Positions 11,319 through 20,182 of a DNA stretch of 64,000 nucleotides are shown here, piece after piece (position 1 is the stretch's first letter; every line of letters starts with the position of its first letter). This DNA is from an uncultured Spirochaetota bacterium (GTDB taxonomy: Bacteria > Spirochaetota > Spirochaetia > SZUA-6 > Fen-1364). The notes under the pieces were generated by a model. The model did no database searches. It was given only the letters and a program-made list of their open reading frames with translations, and was not told where the DNA came from. The stretch covers positions 96,001 to 160,000 of the forward strand of contig CAWAHW010000007.1 of NCBI GenBank assembly GCA_963781885.1, written 5' to 3'. Both the position numbers and the translations under genes were made by a program.

Positions 11319-12104
11319 TCACGCTGATGCGCCCGCGTACCGCCGCAGGCCGGCGCGCCAGAAAATCCGCGAGACGATGAAAAGCCCGATTGCCAGGCCG
11401 CCGGCCCCCAGCAGCGTCAGCCAGCCGAGCCTTCCCGCCAGGGCTTCCGCCGGGACCGTGACGGCGAAAGTCACGGGCACGAGGAAGGTGAGCGCGAAGC
11501 GCAGCCATCCCGGGTAGAGCCCCACGGGCCAGCGGCCGGCATCGTACATGCTCTGGAATATGACAAGGATGTTCTCCACCCGTACGAACCAGAAGGCGAG
11601 CGTCGCGAGGATCAGCCAGAAGCTGTAGACGATGACGCCCCCCGCGACGAGGGCGGCGACGAACTGCACGACGTGCATCGCGTCGATGCGGGACCCCATG
11701 CGTACGACGCCAACGGCGATGACCGCCAGACCGAGGGCCACGTCCGCGAGCTTCCAGATCTCCACGCGCTGGATGCTCGCGAGCACCTGGGCGTCCTCGG
11801 GCTTCGTGAGCGTGAAATCGAGCGTCCCGTCGCGGACCGATTCGATCAATTGCTGCATGCTCGGCTGGATCAGGAGCCGGATGCACCCGCCGGCCAGGAA
11901 GTAGACCCCCACGAGCGCCACCACCTCGTCGGGCTGCCACCCGCCCAGGGAAGCCGTATAAGAGAAGACGATGGCGAGGCCTGCCAGCGCGGTGCCCAGC
12001 TCGATGAGCGACTCCAGGAGCTGGAAGAAGAAGTTCGCCCGATACGCGAGCTCTCCCAGGACGCCGACGCGAAGGAATGTGGCAAGAAGGCGCAGGAATC
12101 TCAT
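11319..12104 (-). CDS. ABC-2-type permease (DUF990-like)
   Basis: 'ELAYRANF', 'G.LDF.L.KP' and six TM helices; coupled with the neighbouring genes. Confidence 0.88.
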   Translation of the reverse strand: MRFLRLLATFLRVGVLGELAYRANFFFQLLESLIELGTALAGLAIVFSYTASLGGWQPDEVVALVGVYFLAGGCIRLLIQPSMQQLIESVRDGTLDFTLTKPEDAQVLASIQRVEIWKLADVALGLAVIAVGVVRMGSRIDAMHVVQFVAALVAGGVIVYSFWLILATLAFWFVRVENILVIFQSMYDAGRWPVGLYPGWLRFALTFLVPVTFAVTVPAEALAGRLGWLTLLGAGGLAIGLFIVSRIFWRAGLRRYAGASA

Positions 12105-12904
12105 GCGCCCACCGCCCCGTAGGACCGCACACCCGCACGCCACACGAGGCGCAGGAGAAGGAGGCAGAGCCCCAGCCACGCCACCTGCGCGGCAAGGCCT
12201 TCGAGCGCCTGCGGGAAGCTGAGCCTGCCGAGGAGCAGCTCCACGGGGAAGCCGACCGTCCAGCGGAAAGGAAGGATCAGGCCCGCCGCCTGCACACCCC
12301 GGGGCAGGAGCGCGAGGGGAGCGATCTGGCCCGAGAGAAAAAGGGAGACGACGAAATAGATCTGGTTCACCGCGGAAACGCGCGTGGTCCAGAAGGCCGC
12401 CAGGGCGAGGGTCCATTCCATGAGGAATCGCACGAGAAACGCCAGGAACACGGCGGGCAGGAACGCCACGGTGCTCCATGCGCTGAAATGGAAGGCGGGC
12501 CGGAAACCGACGGCGATCACCGCGGCCGCGACGAGGATGAGGGGAAAGGTGAGCAGCTTGAAAGCGACGTTGTCGGCGATGTCGGAATGGATCGGGTGCA
12601 CGGGTCGCAGGAGGGCCATCGAAAGGGAGCCGTGGCGCACGCGGTATTCCAGCTCGAACATGATCCAGGTGAACGTGAGCTGGTTCACGATCATGAGCAC
12701 GATGTAGTACGCGGCAAAATCGGACGGCGTATAGCCGCCGGCCTGTCCTCCGCCGGATGCAGTGACGGCGGTCCAGACGGAAAGGGTGACCAATGGTCCC
12801 AGCACCTGGCCGATGAGCCAGATGACCAGCGCGGCGCGGTACTGGAGCTGGATGGCAATGGTGGTGCGGAACTGCTGCCGATAGAGCTCGACCATGCCGT
12901 TCAT
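12101..12904 (-). CDS. ABC-2-type permease (DUF990-like)
   Basis: 'QLQYRA', 'G.LS..LLRP', 'LSGQIAPL'; ATGA overlaps with neighbours. Confidence 0.88.
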   Translation of the reverse strand: MNGMVELYRQQFRTTIAIQLQYRAALVIWLIGQVLGPLVTLSVWTAVTASGGGQAGGYTPSDFAAYYIVLMIVNQLTFTWIMFELEYRVRHGSLSMALLRPVHPIHSDIADNVAFKLLTFPLILVAAAVIAVGFRPAFHFSAWSTVAFLPAVFLAFLVRFLMEWTLALAAFWTTRVSAVNQIYFVVSLFLSGQIAPLALLPRGVQAAGLILPFRWTVGFPVELLLGRLSFPQALEGLAAQVAWLGLCLLLLRLVWRAGVRSYGAVGA

Positions 12905-13881
12905 GTCGTCGCCCCCTGCGCGAAGACGCTCACGATGGCATCCTCGATCGGCGGATCCTCGACCGTGAGGTCGATGACCGGCAGGTCGACGAGCAGTCTG
13001 CCCGTGACCCGGGCCGTCTCCTCCTTGGCGACGCGCAGCGTCGCCACCCCATCGACGCACGACACGAGCTCTCCATAGCGGGAGAGATCGGCGTCGCAGT
13101 CCCCCAGGTGCACGACGATGGTCTTGTGCGCGGTGAAGCGCCGGACCAGGGCGGCCAGCTCCCCGTCGAAGAGGAGCCTGCCCTCGTGGATGACGATCAC
13201 CCGCCGGCAGAGCGCTTCCACGTCCGCCATGTAGTGGCTCGTGAGGAGCACGGTGGCGCCGCTCCTCCTGTTGTAGTCGGCGATGAATGCCCTGATGCGC
13301 CGCTGCATGGTCACGTCCAGGCCGATGGTCGGCTCGTCGAGAAACACCATGCGCGGGCGGTGGAGAAGGGCAAGGGCGATCTCGCACTTCATGCGCTCGC
13401 CCAGCGACAGGTTGCGGACCGGCTTTTTCAGGAGCGGCTCCAGGTCCAGGAGGGCGACAAGCTCGTCGAACGACGCGCGGTAGTCGGCGGCGGGGATGCG
13501 GTAAATGGCGCGGTTCAGCTCGAAGGAATCGGCCGCGGGGATGTCCCAGTTGAGCTGATTGCGCTGGCCCATGACGAGCGTGATCTGCCGCAGGAACGCT
13601 TTTTCCCGGCGCGCGGGAACGTGCCCGAGCACCGCCGCCTCTCCCGCGCTTGGGTGCAGGAGCCCGGCGAGCATCTTCAGCGTCGTGGTCTTGCCCGCGC
13701 CGTTCGGCCCCAGGAAGCCGACGATCTCGCCGGGCGAAAGGTCGAAGGAGATGCCTTCCACGGCGTGCACCTGGCGGGTGCGTCGATGGAGAAGGCTCGC
13801 AAAGGCGGCGCGCGCGCCCGCTTCGCGCTCGGGCACCACGTAGGTCTTTCGCAGATCGCGGACGTGCACGGCGGCTGGCAT
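12901..13881 (-). CDS. ABC transporter ATP-binding protein
   Basis: GPNGAGKTT, LSLGERMK, FLDEPTIGLD, TSHYM. Confidence 0.95.
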   Translation of the reverse strand: MPAAVHVRDLRKTYVVPEREAGARAAFASLLHRRTRQVHAVEGISFDLSPGEIVGFLGPNGAGKTTTLKMLAGLLHPSAGEAAVLGHVPARREKAFLRQITLVMGQRNQLNWDIPAADSFELNRAIYRIPAADYRASFDELVALLDLEPLLKKPVRNLSLGERMKCEIALALLHRPRMVFLDEPTIGLDVTMQRRIRAFIADYNRRSGATVLLTSHYMADVEALCRRVIVIHEGRLLFDGELAALVRRFTAHKTIVVHLGDCDADLSRYGELVSCVDGVATLRVAKEETARVTGRLLVDLPVIDLTVEDPPIEDAIVSVFAQGATT

Positions 13882-13887
13882 GTCCTC

Positions 13888-13917
13888 AATATACGAACCG
13901 CGCGCTTCCCGGCGCAA
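13888..13917 (-). promoter_or_regulatory. sigma70-type promoter, leaderless spacing
   Basis: TTGCGC-N18-TATATT, then 6 nt to ATG 13881. Confidence 0.55.
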
Positions 13918-14002
13918 GCGGACGGGCAGCCGCACGCGCTTTCTTGACAGCGCGCAAGACAGTCCGCTATGGTCTGGGTGCAGGCAACCCAAGGAGAATC
14001 TC

Positions 14003-14635
14003 ATGGAGCGTGACGAATCGGGGGCCTACTGGGCCCTGTTTGGCTTGACAATCGCCTTCAGCATTCTTGCCGTCGTGACGATGATCCCCAACCCGTCAGC
14101 CCCGAAGCCCAACGTGCTGGGCTACCGGTCCGTGTGCAGCTTCGCCCCGGCGGCGAGCGCACTCTGCGGGCTCCTTGCCGGCATCACGTGCACGATCCGC
14201 AACCGCTGGGCGTCGCGCCACGCGGCGGCCCGGCGTTTTCAGCCCCCGATCCTTCCCGTTGCCGTCGGCATCCTCCTCCTCACGCTTGCGGCGGTCTTCG
14301 GCATCCGGTTCGGCATCGCGCAGGCGCGCTTCGGCGACGTGATTGCACGCACGGGACAGGCGTCGGCTACCCTGGCAGGGCTTGCCGACGGGAAGGGAAG
14401 CGCCACGGTCGCGGAAGGCGACGTGGCGGCGACCGTGGAGCTCTCCATCAAGGGTGGGACAATTGAAAGCCTGCGCCTCGCGGCGGGCCGGAACGTCAGC
14501 GCCGCGCTTGCCGATGAGATATTCGCCCGCGTGAAGAAGGCGGGCTCCGTGCAGGTTGACGCGGTGAGCGGCGCCACGGCGTCGAGCGAGGTGCTGCTGA
14601 AAGCGATCGCTGCCGCGGCCGCTGTCGTGCGCTGA
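14003..14635 (+). CDS. Membrane protein with C-terminal FMN-binding (flavinylation) domain
   Basis: Three TM helices with 'GYRSVCSFAP', then VDAVSGATASS; AAGGAG SD; upstream TTGACA-N18-TATGGT. Confidence 0.8.
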   Translation: MERDESGAYWALFGLTIAFSILAVVTMIPNPSAPKPNVLGYRSVCSFAPAASALCGLLAGITCTIRNRWASRHAAARRFQPPILPVAVGILLLTLAAVFGIRFGIAQARFGDVIARTGQASATLAGLADGKGSATVAEGDVAATVELSIKGGTIESLRLAAGRNVSAALADEIFARVKKAGSVQVDAVSGATASSEVLLKAIAAAAAVVR

Positions 14636-14666
14636 AAGAGACTGCCGCCCGCCTGAACGGCCGGCG

Positions 14667-15119
14667 TTACTTCGGCAAGGTCCCGAATACCTTCGCGAAC
14701 CAGCGATGCATGCCGTGTATCGACGAGACCGGTTCGGCGAACATCATGACGCACCGGCCCCACACCGCGGTGAGCCCTTTTTCCTTGCAGGCGACGATGG
14801 CCGCGTCGCTCTGCGCCCCCTGCTGCAGCCAGACCCGGGTGATCCCCGCGGCCGCGGCGTCCCGGACGACCTTCTCGCTCTGCGCCGGCTGGGTCACGAC
14901 TAGCACCGCCCCCACCTTGCCAGGGATCGCGGCGAGGTTAGGGTAGCACTTCTCCCCGCCGATGTTTTCCGCATTCGGGTTCACGGGCACGATCCGGTAC
15001 CCCTTCGCGACGAGCTCCTTCTTGATATTCGCGCTGAACGCCTTTTCGTCCCGGGAAAGGCCCGCCATGGCGATTGTCTTCTGCGAGAGAAAGTCCTTGA
15101 TGTCTGCCAGAGTGTTCAT
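14667..15119 (-). CDS. CoA-binding domain protein
   Basis: 'IAMAGLS', 'PVNP', 'VWLQQGA', 'RCVMM'. Confidence 0.88.
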   Translation of the reverse strand: MNTLADIKDFLSQKTIAMAGLSRDEKAFSANIKKELVAKGYRIVPVNPNAENIGGEKCYPNLAAIPGKVGAVLVVTQPAQSEKVVRDAAAAGITRVWLQQGAQSDAAIVACKEKGLTAVWGRCVMMFAEPVSSIHGMHRWFAKVFGTLPK

Positions 15120-15163
15120 GTCTGCTCCTGTCCTCCCATTAAACACCGCGCGGGGGAAAATCG

Positions 15164-16003
15164 CTACTGAGTCTTTGTCCCTGCGCGACCTGTCTTCAAG
15201 CGCTTTTCCAGCAGCCGCACGAGCATGGAAAGCGTGATGGTGAGGAAGAGGTAGAGGAAGGCGACGACATTGTAGGTCTCGAAGAACTTGAAGGTGCTCG
15301 CGGCGTAGACCTTTCCCATCTGCGTGACGTCCTGCACGCCCAGCGCGCTTACCAGGGCGGAGTCCTTGATCATGGCGACAAACTCGTTACCCAGGGGCGG
15401 AAGGACATTGCGCACCGCCTGGGGGAGCACGATGCGCACCATCACCTGGCGCTTCCGCAGTCCCAGCGCGTACGCGGCCTCCCACTGGCCGGCGTGTATC
15501 GATTCGATGCCCGCCCGGAAGATCTCCGAGATGAACGCTCCGTAGCCGAGCGTAAGGGCAATGATCGCCCGCCCGGAAAAGGGGATGCTGCGGATGCTGA
15601 GGGGAGCGATGATGCCGCGCGTCACGAGCGGGGAGAGCAGGAAGTTCACGGCTTCCACCATGCCCGGCGCGCCGATGAAGGCGATGTAGTACAGGATCAC
15701 GAGCATTGGGATCCCGCGCATGATTTCCACCCAGAACGTGGAGAGCTCGCGCACGACCCGGTGGCGCGACGTGCGGCAGAGCCCCAGTCCGAGGCCGATG
15801 ACCACGGAAAAGGAGAACGCCACCAGGGAGACCCACAGCGTCGTGACGAGGCCCCGGGCCGTCGCCTGGAAGATGATCCGGTTGTCCGCGCGGCTGGTGA
15901 TGCTCCACAGGACGAGGATGCCCAGCAGGATGATGCCGAGGAGCCAGAACGGGAGCTTCTTCAGCCGGTCGGCGATGGGGAGAAAGTGCTCACGGGAGGA
16001 CAT
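15164..16003 (-). CDS. Polar amino-acid ABC transporter permease
   Basis: RGIPMLV, EIFRAGIESI..GQWEAA.ALG, KDSAL. Confidence 0.93.
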   Translation of the reverse strand: MSSREHFLPIADRLKKLPFWLLGIILLGILVLWSITSRADNRIIFQATARGLVTTLWVSLVAFSFSVVIGLGLGLCRTSRHRVVRELSTFWVEIMRGIPMLVILYYIAFIGAPGMVEAVNFLLSPLVTRGIIAPLSIRSIPFSGRAIIALTLGYGAFISEIFRAGIESIHAGQWEAAYALGLRKRQVMVRIVLPQAVRNVLPPLGNEFVAMIKDSALVSALGVQDVTQMGKVYAASTFKFFETYNVVAFLYLFLTITLSMLVRLLEKRLKTGRAGTKTQ

Positions 16004-16074
16004 TGCGCGTCACTGCCGCCGGGAGCGCGGGGCAGGGATGCCCCGCCCCGCGCCCGGCGGCTGGTGCCGGAAGG

Positions 16075-16857
16075 TTACTTCGCGTTGTATTCGTAGAACC
16101 ATTTCGTCGTGAGCTTGTCCAGCGTGCCGTCCGCCTTCAGGGCCGCGATGGCGGCGTTGAAGGGGGCGACGAGGTCCGAGCCCAGCCGGAAGATGAAACC
16201 GTAGTTGTCGGTGCCCAGCGCATCCCCCACGACCTTCAGCTTGTCGGGGTTGGCGCCGATGTAGCCCCGGCTGGACGCGGCGTCCATGAGCACCGTGTCG
16301 ACGTCCCCCGCGAGCAAGGCCTGGACGGTCGCGCCGAACGTCTCGAAGAGCTTGATCCGCGGGTTGTCCTCCTTGCCGTCGAGCACGTTGTAGACGGCGA
16401 CGTAGAAGTTGGTGGTTCCCGCCTGCGATCCGATGAGCAGCTTCGGGTCGGCGGCGAAATCAGTCGCGTTTTTGAAGCGCGTCTCATCCTTGCGCACGAG
16501 CATGAACTGCTGGCTCACCATGTAGGAGTCGGAGAACGCGACCTGCTTCTTGCGCTCGTCGGTGATGGAGATCCCGTCCATGCCGACGTCGAACTGCCCG
16601 TCGCGCACGGCCTGGATCATGGTGTCCCACGAGGTGATGTTCCAGACGATCTTCGCGTTCAGGCGCTTGCCGATCTCGTTCACGGCGTCGTACTCCCAGC
16701 CCACGGCCTTGCCGTTCTTGTCGACGAAGTTCAAAGGGGTGAATGCGTTCTCCGTGACGGCCCGGATGACCCTGCCCTTGAGGTCGGGCAGCTTGGCCTG
16801 GCTGAAAGCCGATGCCGCGATCAGCACGACGAATGCCGCGCATGCGAACCTTTTCAT
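16075..16857 (-). CDS. Polar amino-acid ABC transporter substrate-binding protein
   Basis: Signal peptide; GISITDERKKQVAFSDSY and GSQAGTT motifs; AGGAGG SD. Confidence 0.92.
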   Translation of the reverse strand: MKRFACAAFVVLIAASAFSQAKLPDLKGRVIRAVTENAFTPLNFVDKNGKAVGWEYDAVNEIGKRLNAKIVWNITSWDTMIQAVRDGQFDVGMDGISITDERKKQVAFSDSYMVSQQFMLVRKDETRFKNATDFAADPKLLIGSQAGTTNFYVAVYNVLDGKEDNPRIKLFETFGATVQALLAGDVDTVLMDAASSRGYIGANPDKLKVVGDALGTDNYGFIFRLGSDLVAPFNAAIAALKADGTLDKLTTKWFYEYNAK

Positions 16858-16911
16858 GAGCTCCTCCTTGAGGCGCCCAAGGTAATCCAATTGCCGGGTG
16901 CGTGCAAGGCG

Positions 16912-16961
16912 GCCACGGTACTCCGTGGCATTCAGGCGGCCACGGTGCGTTTGGTGGCATT
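16912..16961. repeat. REP-like palindrome, one perfect and one degenerate copy
   Basis: GCCACGG-TACT-CCGTGGC-ATT at 16912; degenerate GCCACGG...GTGGCATT from 16939. Confidence 0.85.
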
Positions 16962-16989
16962 TGCGCGTCATGTGTCGTATCTTAGGCGT

Positions 16990-17616
16990 ATGATCGTCGA
17001 ACCGCGGATTGAATCGTACATCGCCTCCCTCGGTGCGCAGCCCGACCCGGTGCTTGCCGCCATGGAAGCCCTGGCGGAGCGCCGGCATTTCCCCATCGTC
17101 GGAAGGCAGACGGGGTCGCTCCTCAGCCTGCTGGCGAAGACCGTCGGCGCGCGCCGCGTCCTCGAGCTGGGCTCGGGCTACGGGTACTCCGCGTTGTGGT
17201 TCGCGCGCGCCCTGCCGGAGGATGGCGTGGTGATCTGCACCGACCACTCCAGCGACAACCGCGACCTCGCCCTGGGGTACTTCCGCACCGCCGGTCTCGA
17301 GAAGCGCGTGGAGTTCCACGTCGGCGACGCCCTTGCAATCGCGCGGGATCAGAAGCCGGGTTTCGACGTGATCTTCAACGACATCGACAAGGAGGCGTAT
17401 GCCGCGAGCGTGCCGCTTGCGGTGTCGCTCCTGCGGTCGGGCGGTCTTTTCATCACCGACAATACCCTGTGGAAGGGAAAGGTCGTGGAGGCTGACACCT
17501 CGGACCCGCTTGTGGAAGGCGTCCGGTCATTCAACAAGCTCGTCTTCTCCCGGTCCGACCTGGAGGCGGTCCTCCTGCCGGTGCGGGACGGCATCACCGT
17601 GTGCCGCAAGAAATAG
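16990..17616 (+). CDS. O-methyltransferase (Methyltransf_3 family)
   Basis: VLELGSGYGYS, FNDIDKE.Y, DNTLW.G; preceded by TATCTT-6 nt-ATG. Confidence 0.9.
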   Translation: MIVEPRIESYIASLGAQPDPVLAAMEALAERRHFPIVGRQTGSLLSLLAKTVGARRVLELGSGYGYSALWFARALPEDGVVICTDHSSDNRDLALGYFRTAGLEKRVEFHVGDALAIARDQKPGFDVIFNDIDKEAYAASVPLAVSLLRSGGLFITDNTLWKGKVVEADTSDPLVEGVRSFNKLVFSRSDLEAVLLPVRDGITVCRKK

Positions 17617-18297
17617 GGGCGGGCGCCGCGGATCGCATCCTGTCCCTCGTGCAGGCGATCCTGCGCGAGGATGCCGCGGCCCGACCGCTCGTCACCGTGA
17701 CCTGGGCGCAGACGGCGGCAGGCGCCATCGCCGCAGTCGGCGGGGCGCGCGCGGCCATCAGTGGACCCGAGTCGATGACGCTCACGCATCGCCTGCGCGC
17801 CCTGCACGATGCAATACTGGTCGGCATCCAGACCGTGCTTTCCGACGATCCGCTGCTCTCGGTGAGACTCGTCGAAGGGCTCCAACCCCAGCCCGTCGTG
17901 CTCGATTCCCGGTTGCGCTTCCCCCTCGGCGCCCGGCTCCTGGCGCGCGACGACAGGAAGACCTGGATCTTCCACAGCGCAGCCGATCCCGCGCGCGAAA
18001 GAGAGCTGGAGAAGCGCGGCGCAAGACTCTTTCGAAATCAAGGGCTCGTCCGAGGGCCTGGACCTCGTGGAAATGCTGCATGCGCTGGCGGACCAGGGCA
18101 TGCAATCGCTGATGGTGGAGGGGGGCGCGAGGGTCCTGGCCGCCTTCATGAAGCAGGGGCTCGCGCGCCAGGCCGTCGTCACCATCAGCCCGTCGCAGAT
18201 GGATGGCGTGCCCGGGCCGGGCATTCCTGCGCTGCTTTCTCCCGCGCGGGAAACCCTTGGCCCCGATACCGTGCTCTGGGGAAGGCTGGAGGTCTAG
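17601..18297 (+). CDS. RibD C-terminal reductase-domain protein, frameshift at ~18031
   Basis: HRLRALHDAILVGIQTVLSDDPLL and VVLDSRLR, then LMVEGGA in the second frame. Confidence 0.8.
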
Positions 18298-18379
18298 AAA
18301 GAGGTCACGGCGATGGATCGATGATCGTACGCGGTCGGCGATCGCGATGGAAGCGGAATGAATGCTGCCGACCGAGCCG

Positions 18380-18904
18380 TCAAGGCCCGCGGAGCTTCTT
18401 CCGCATGATGAAGTCGGTCTGGAGCTCGCCTCCCATCCGGAAGGCGTGCGTGCCCGCGGGCGCGAAACCCATTGCCGTGTAGAACCCGATTGCCGCGGTA
18501 TTCTTCTCCCAGACGCCGAGCCAGAGAGCGTCCTTTTTCCGGCGCCGCGCCCTTGCCTCCGCCTCCTGCAGCAGGATGCGTCCGAGCCCCCGGCCCTGGT
18601 GTTCTTTCCCGATGTAGATCCGCTCGATCTCCATCGACCGCGGCTCTTTCAGGTCGGTCTGCGCGGCGCCAACGTTCAGCTTCATGAATCCCGCGATGTG
18701 CCGGTCGACGAGCAGGAAGAAAAACGCCGAATGGCGATTGCGAAGCTCGCACGCAATGCGCGCGGGGGAAAAGGCATCGGCGAGGTATTCGTCCATCACG
18801 GCGGGATCGTTGAGGTGCCGGAACGTCTCGTCGTAGGTCCGTCGGGCGAGGGCGCGCAAGGTCTCGAGGTCCCTCATACGGCAGCGTCGGATGCTGATGG
18901 CCAT
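18380..18904 (-). CDS. GNAT acetyltransferase (PaiA-like)
   Basis: EIERIY...QGRGLG, WLGVWEKN..AI.FY, QTDFIM. Confidence 0.9.
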   Translation of the reverse strand: MAISIRRCRMRDLETLRALARRTYDETFRHLNDPAVMDEYLADAFSPARIACELRNRHSAFFFLLVDRHIAGFMKLNVGAAQTDLKEPRSMEIERIYIGKEHQGRGLGRILLQEAEARARRRKKDALWLGVWEKNTAAIGFYTAMGFAPAGTHAFRMGGELQTDFIMRKKLRGP

Positions 18905-19224
18905 CAGCGCAGCGCGTTGAGCGAGATCACGGCCTTTCCGTCCCGGACGATGAGCAGGCAGACGCCGTCGGCGATGTCGTAGGCGTCGAAGGCCTGCCGC
19001 ACCGCGTTGAAGGGGAAGTTCCTTGTCACCGACGATTCGGGGCTCACGTAGCTTTCGCGCAGCTCCCCGTGCTCCACGAGCGCGATCACGGCGTGCTTCT
19101 CCCCGCCGGACTGGCTTTCTTCCAACGTGCGCATGAGCACGCGATCCGAAAGAACGCGCGAGGTCACGCTCCAGTCGAGGCCGCTCTCCTCCGGGGCCAT
19201 CTCTTCGTATACCACCCCTTCCAC
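18904..19224 (-). CDS. Hypothetical protein
   Basis: 106-aa ORF with AGGAGG SD, translationally coupled to the GNAT gene. Confidence 0.65.
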   Translation of the reverse strand: MEGVVYEEMAPEESGLDWSVTSRVLSDRVLMRTLEESQSGGEKHAVIALVEHGELRESYVSPESSVTRNFPFNAVRQAFDAYDIADGVCLLIVRDGKAVISLNALR

Positions 19225-19233
19225 GCGACCTCC

Positions 19234-19773
19234 TCAGGCTCCTGCGGTGCGCCGCACGGCAAAGGCGAGTATCATCTTTAGCATGTAGACGGGCCCGAAC
19301 CACGCGAGAAACGGGGTGGCAAGTCCGATGGGGAGCGCGATCACCGTTCCCACCACGACGAGAGAGACGGCTGTCGCCTGCTGCCTCCCGCCATCGGGCA
19401 TGACGTTCACGAGGCACGCCGCGGCGACGGTGTAGACGTAGAGGAAAGCCCAGTAGCCCGGCCTGCCGCCGAAAAGGAGAAAGAGCAGGAGAGGCTCGAC
19501 GATATGGCCGAATATAAAGAGCCACCGCAGGCCGGCGCGGGAGGCATAATAGCGGTCCGTGCCCGGCGCGAAGCACATCACCGCCCCGCCGCTCACGTCC
19601 GCCGCCACCAGGAAAAGAAGCAGCGCCTTCCACCAGGCAAGGCCTTCCACCCGCGACCACGCGAAGACGAGCGCAAGGACGCCGAAGACGGCACCAACGC
19701 CGTACGCGAGAAGCAGATCGAACGCAGTGGCACTCTCCCCGTGCAGGAGGTGCAGGATTCGCGGAACGCGCAT
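19234..19773 (-). CDS. Hypothetical integral membrane protein
   Basis: Five to six TM helices, 'LHGE', 'D..GG'; upstream TTGACA-N18-TACACT. Confidence 0.75.
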   Translation of the reverse strand: MRVPRILHLLHGESATAFDLLLAYGVGAVFGVLALVFAWSRVEGLAWWKALLLFLVAADVSGGAVMCFAPGTDRYYASRAGLRWLFIFGHIVEPLLLFLLFGGRPGYWAFLYVYTVAAACLVNVMPDGGRQQATAVSLVVVGTVIALPIGLATPFLAWFGPVYMLKMILAFAVRRTAGA

Positions 19774-19860
19774 TTCTCTCCCCGGCAGTGCCACGGTGCT
19801 CCCTTCTGCTGCGAGTGTAGCGGCGTCGGTCCGGAGCTGTCAACGAAGTGTCCGACCTCA

Positions 19861-19889
19861 TTGCCGCCGGTGGCGGCTGGCGGTATACT
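19861..19889 (+). promoter_or_regulatory. sigma70-type promoter for the uORF-secA unit (leaderless spacing)
   Basis: TTGCCG-N17-TATACT, then 6 nt to GTG 19896. Confidence 0.7.
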
Positions 19890-19895
19890 GGTGAG

Positions 19896-20129
19896 GTGAA
19901 GGGCTCGCGCAGGATTTCCGTCATTCTCGTCAACACGATGCTCGTCTTCTGCGCGCTCTTCCTGATCGCCGCCCTGAGCACGGGGGGAATGGCCGTACTG
20001 GCCATCCTTTCCGTGGTCATATCGCTTGCGGCTCTCATCTTTGTCTCTTTCCGCCCCCGCACGCCCGCACTGCTTTCCCTGCGCGCCGCGCATCGGCGCT
20101 TCTCCTCCCGCTCGCCTCCGCGTTTCTAA
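19896..20129 (+). CDS. 77-aa membrane uORF, candidate translation-arrest (secretion monitor) peptide
   Basis: Basic N-terminus, two hydrophobic segments, polar spacer, C-terminal RSPPRF*; ends 53 nt before secA. Confidence 0.7.
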   Translation: MKGSRRISVILVNTMLVFCALFLIAALSTGGMAVLAILSVVISLAALIFVSFRPRTPALLSLRAAHRRFSSRSPPRF

Positions 20130-20182
20130 ACCTTCGCTTCACGCTGCTTTCGCGGCAGTCTGCGCAAAAACACGGAGGGTTT

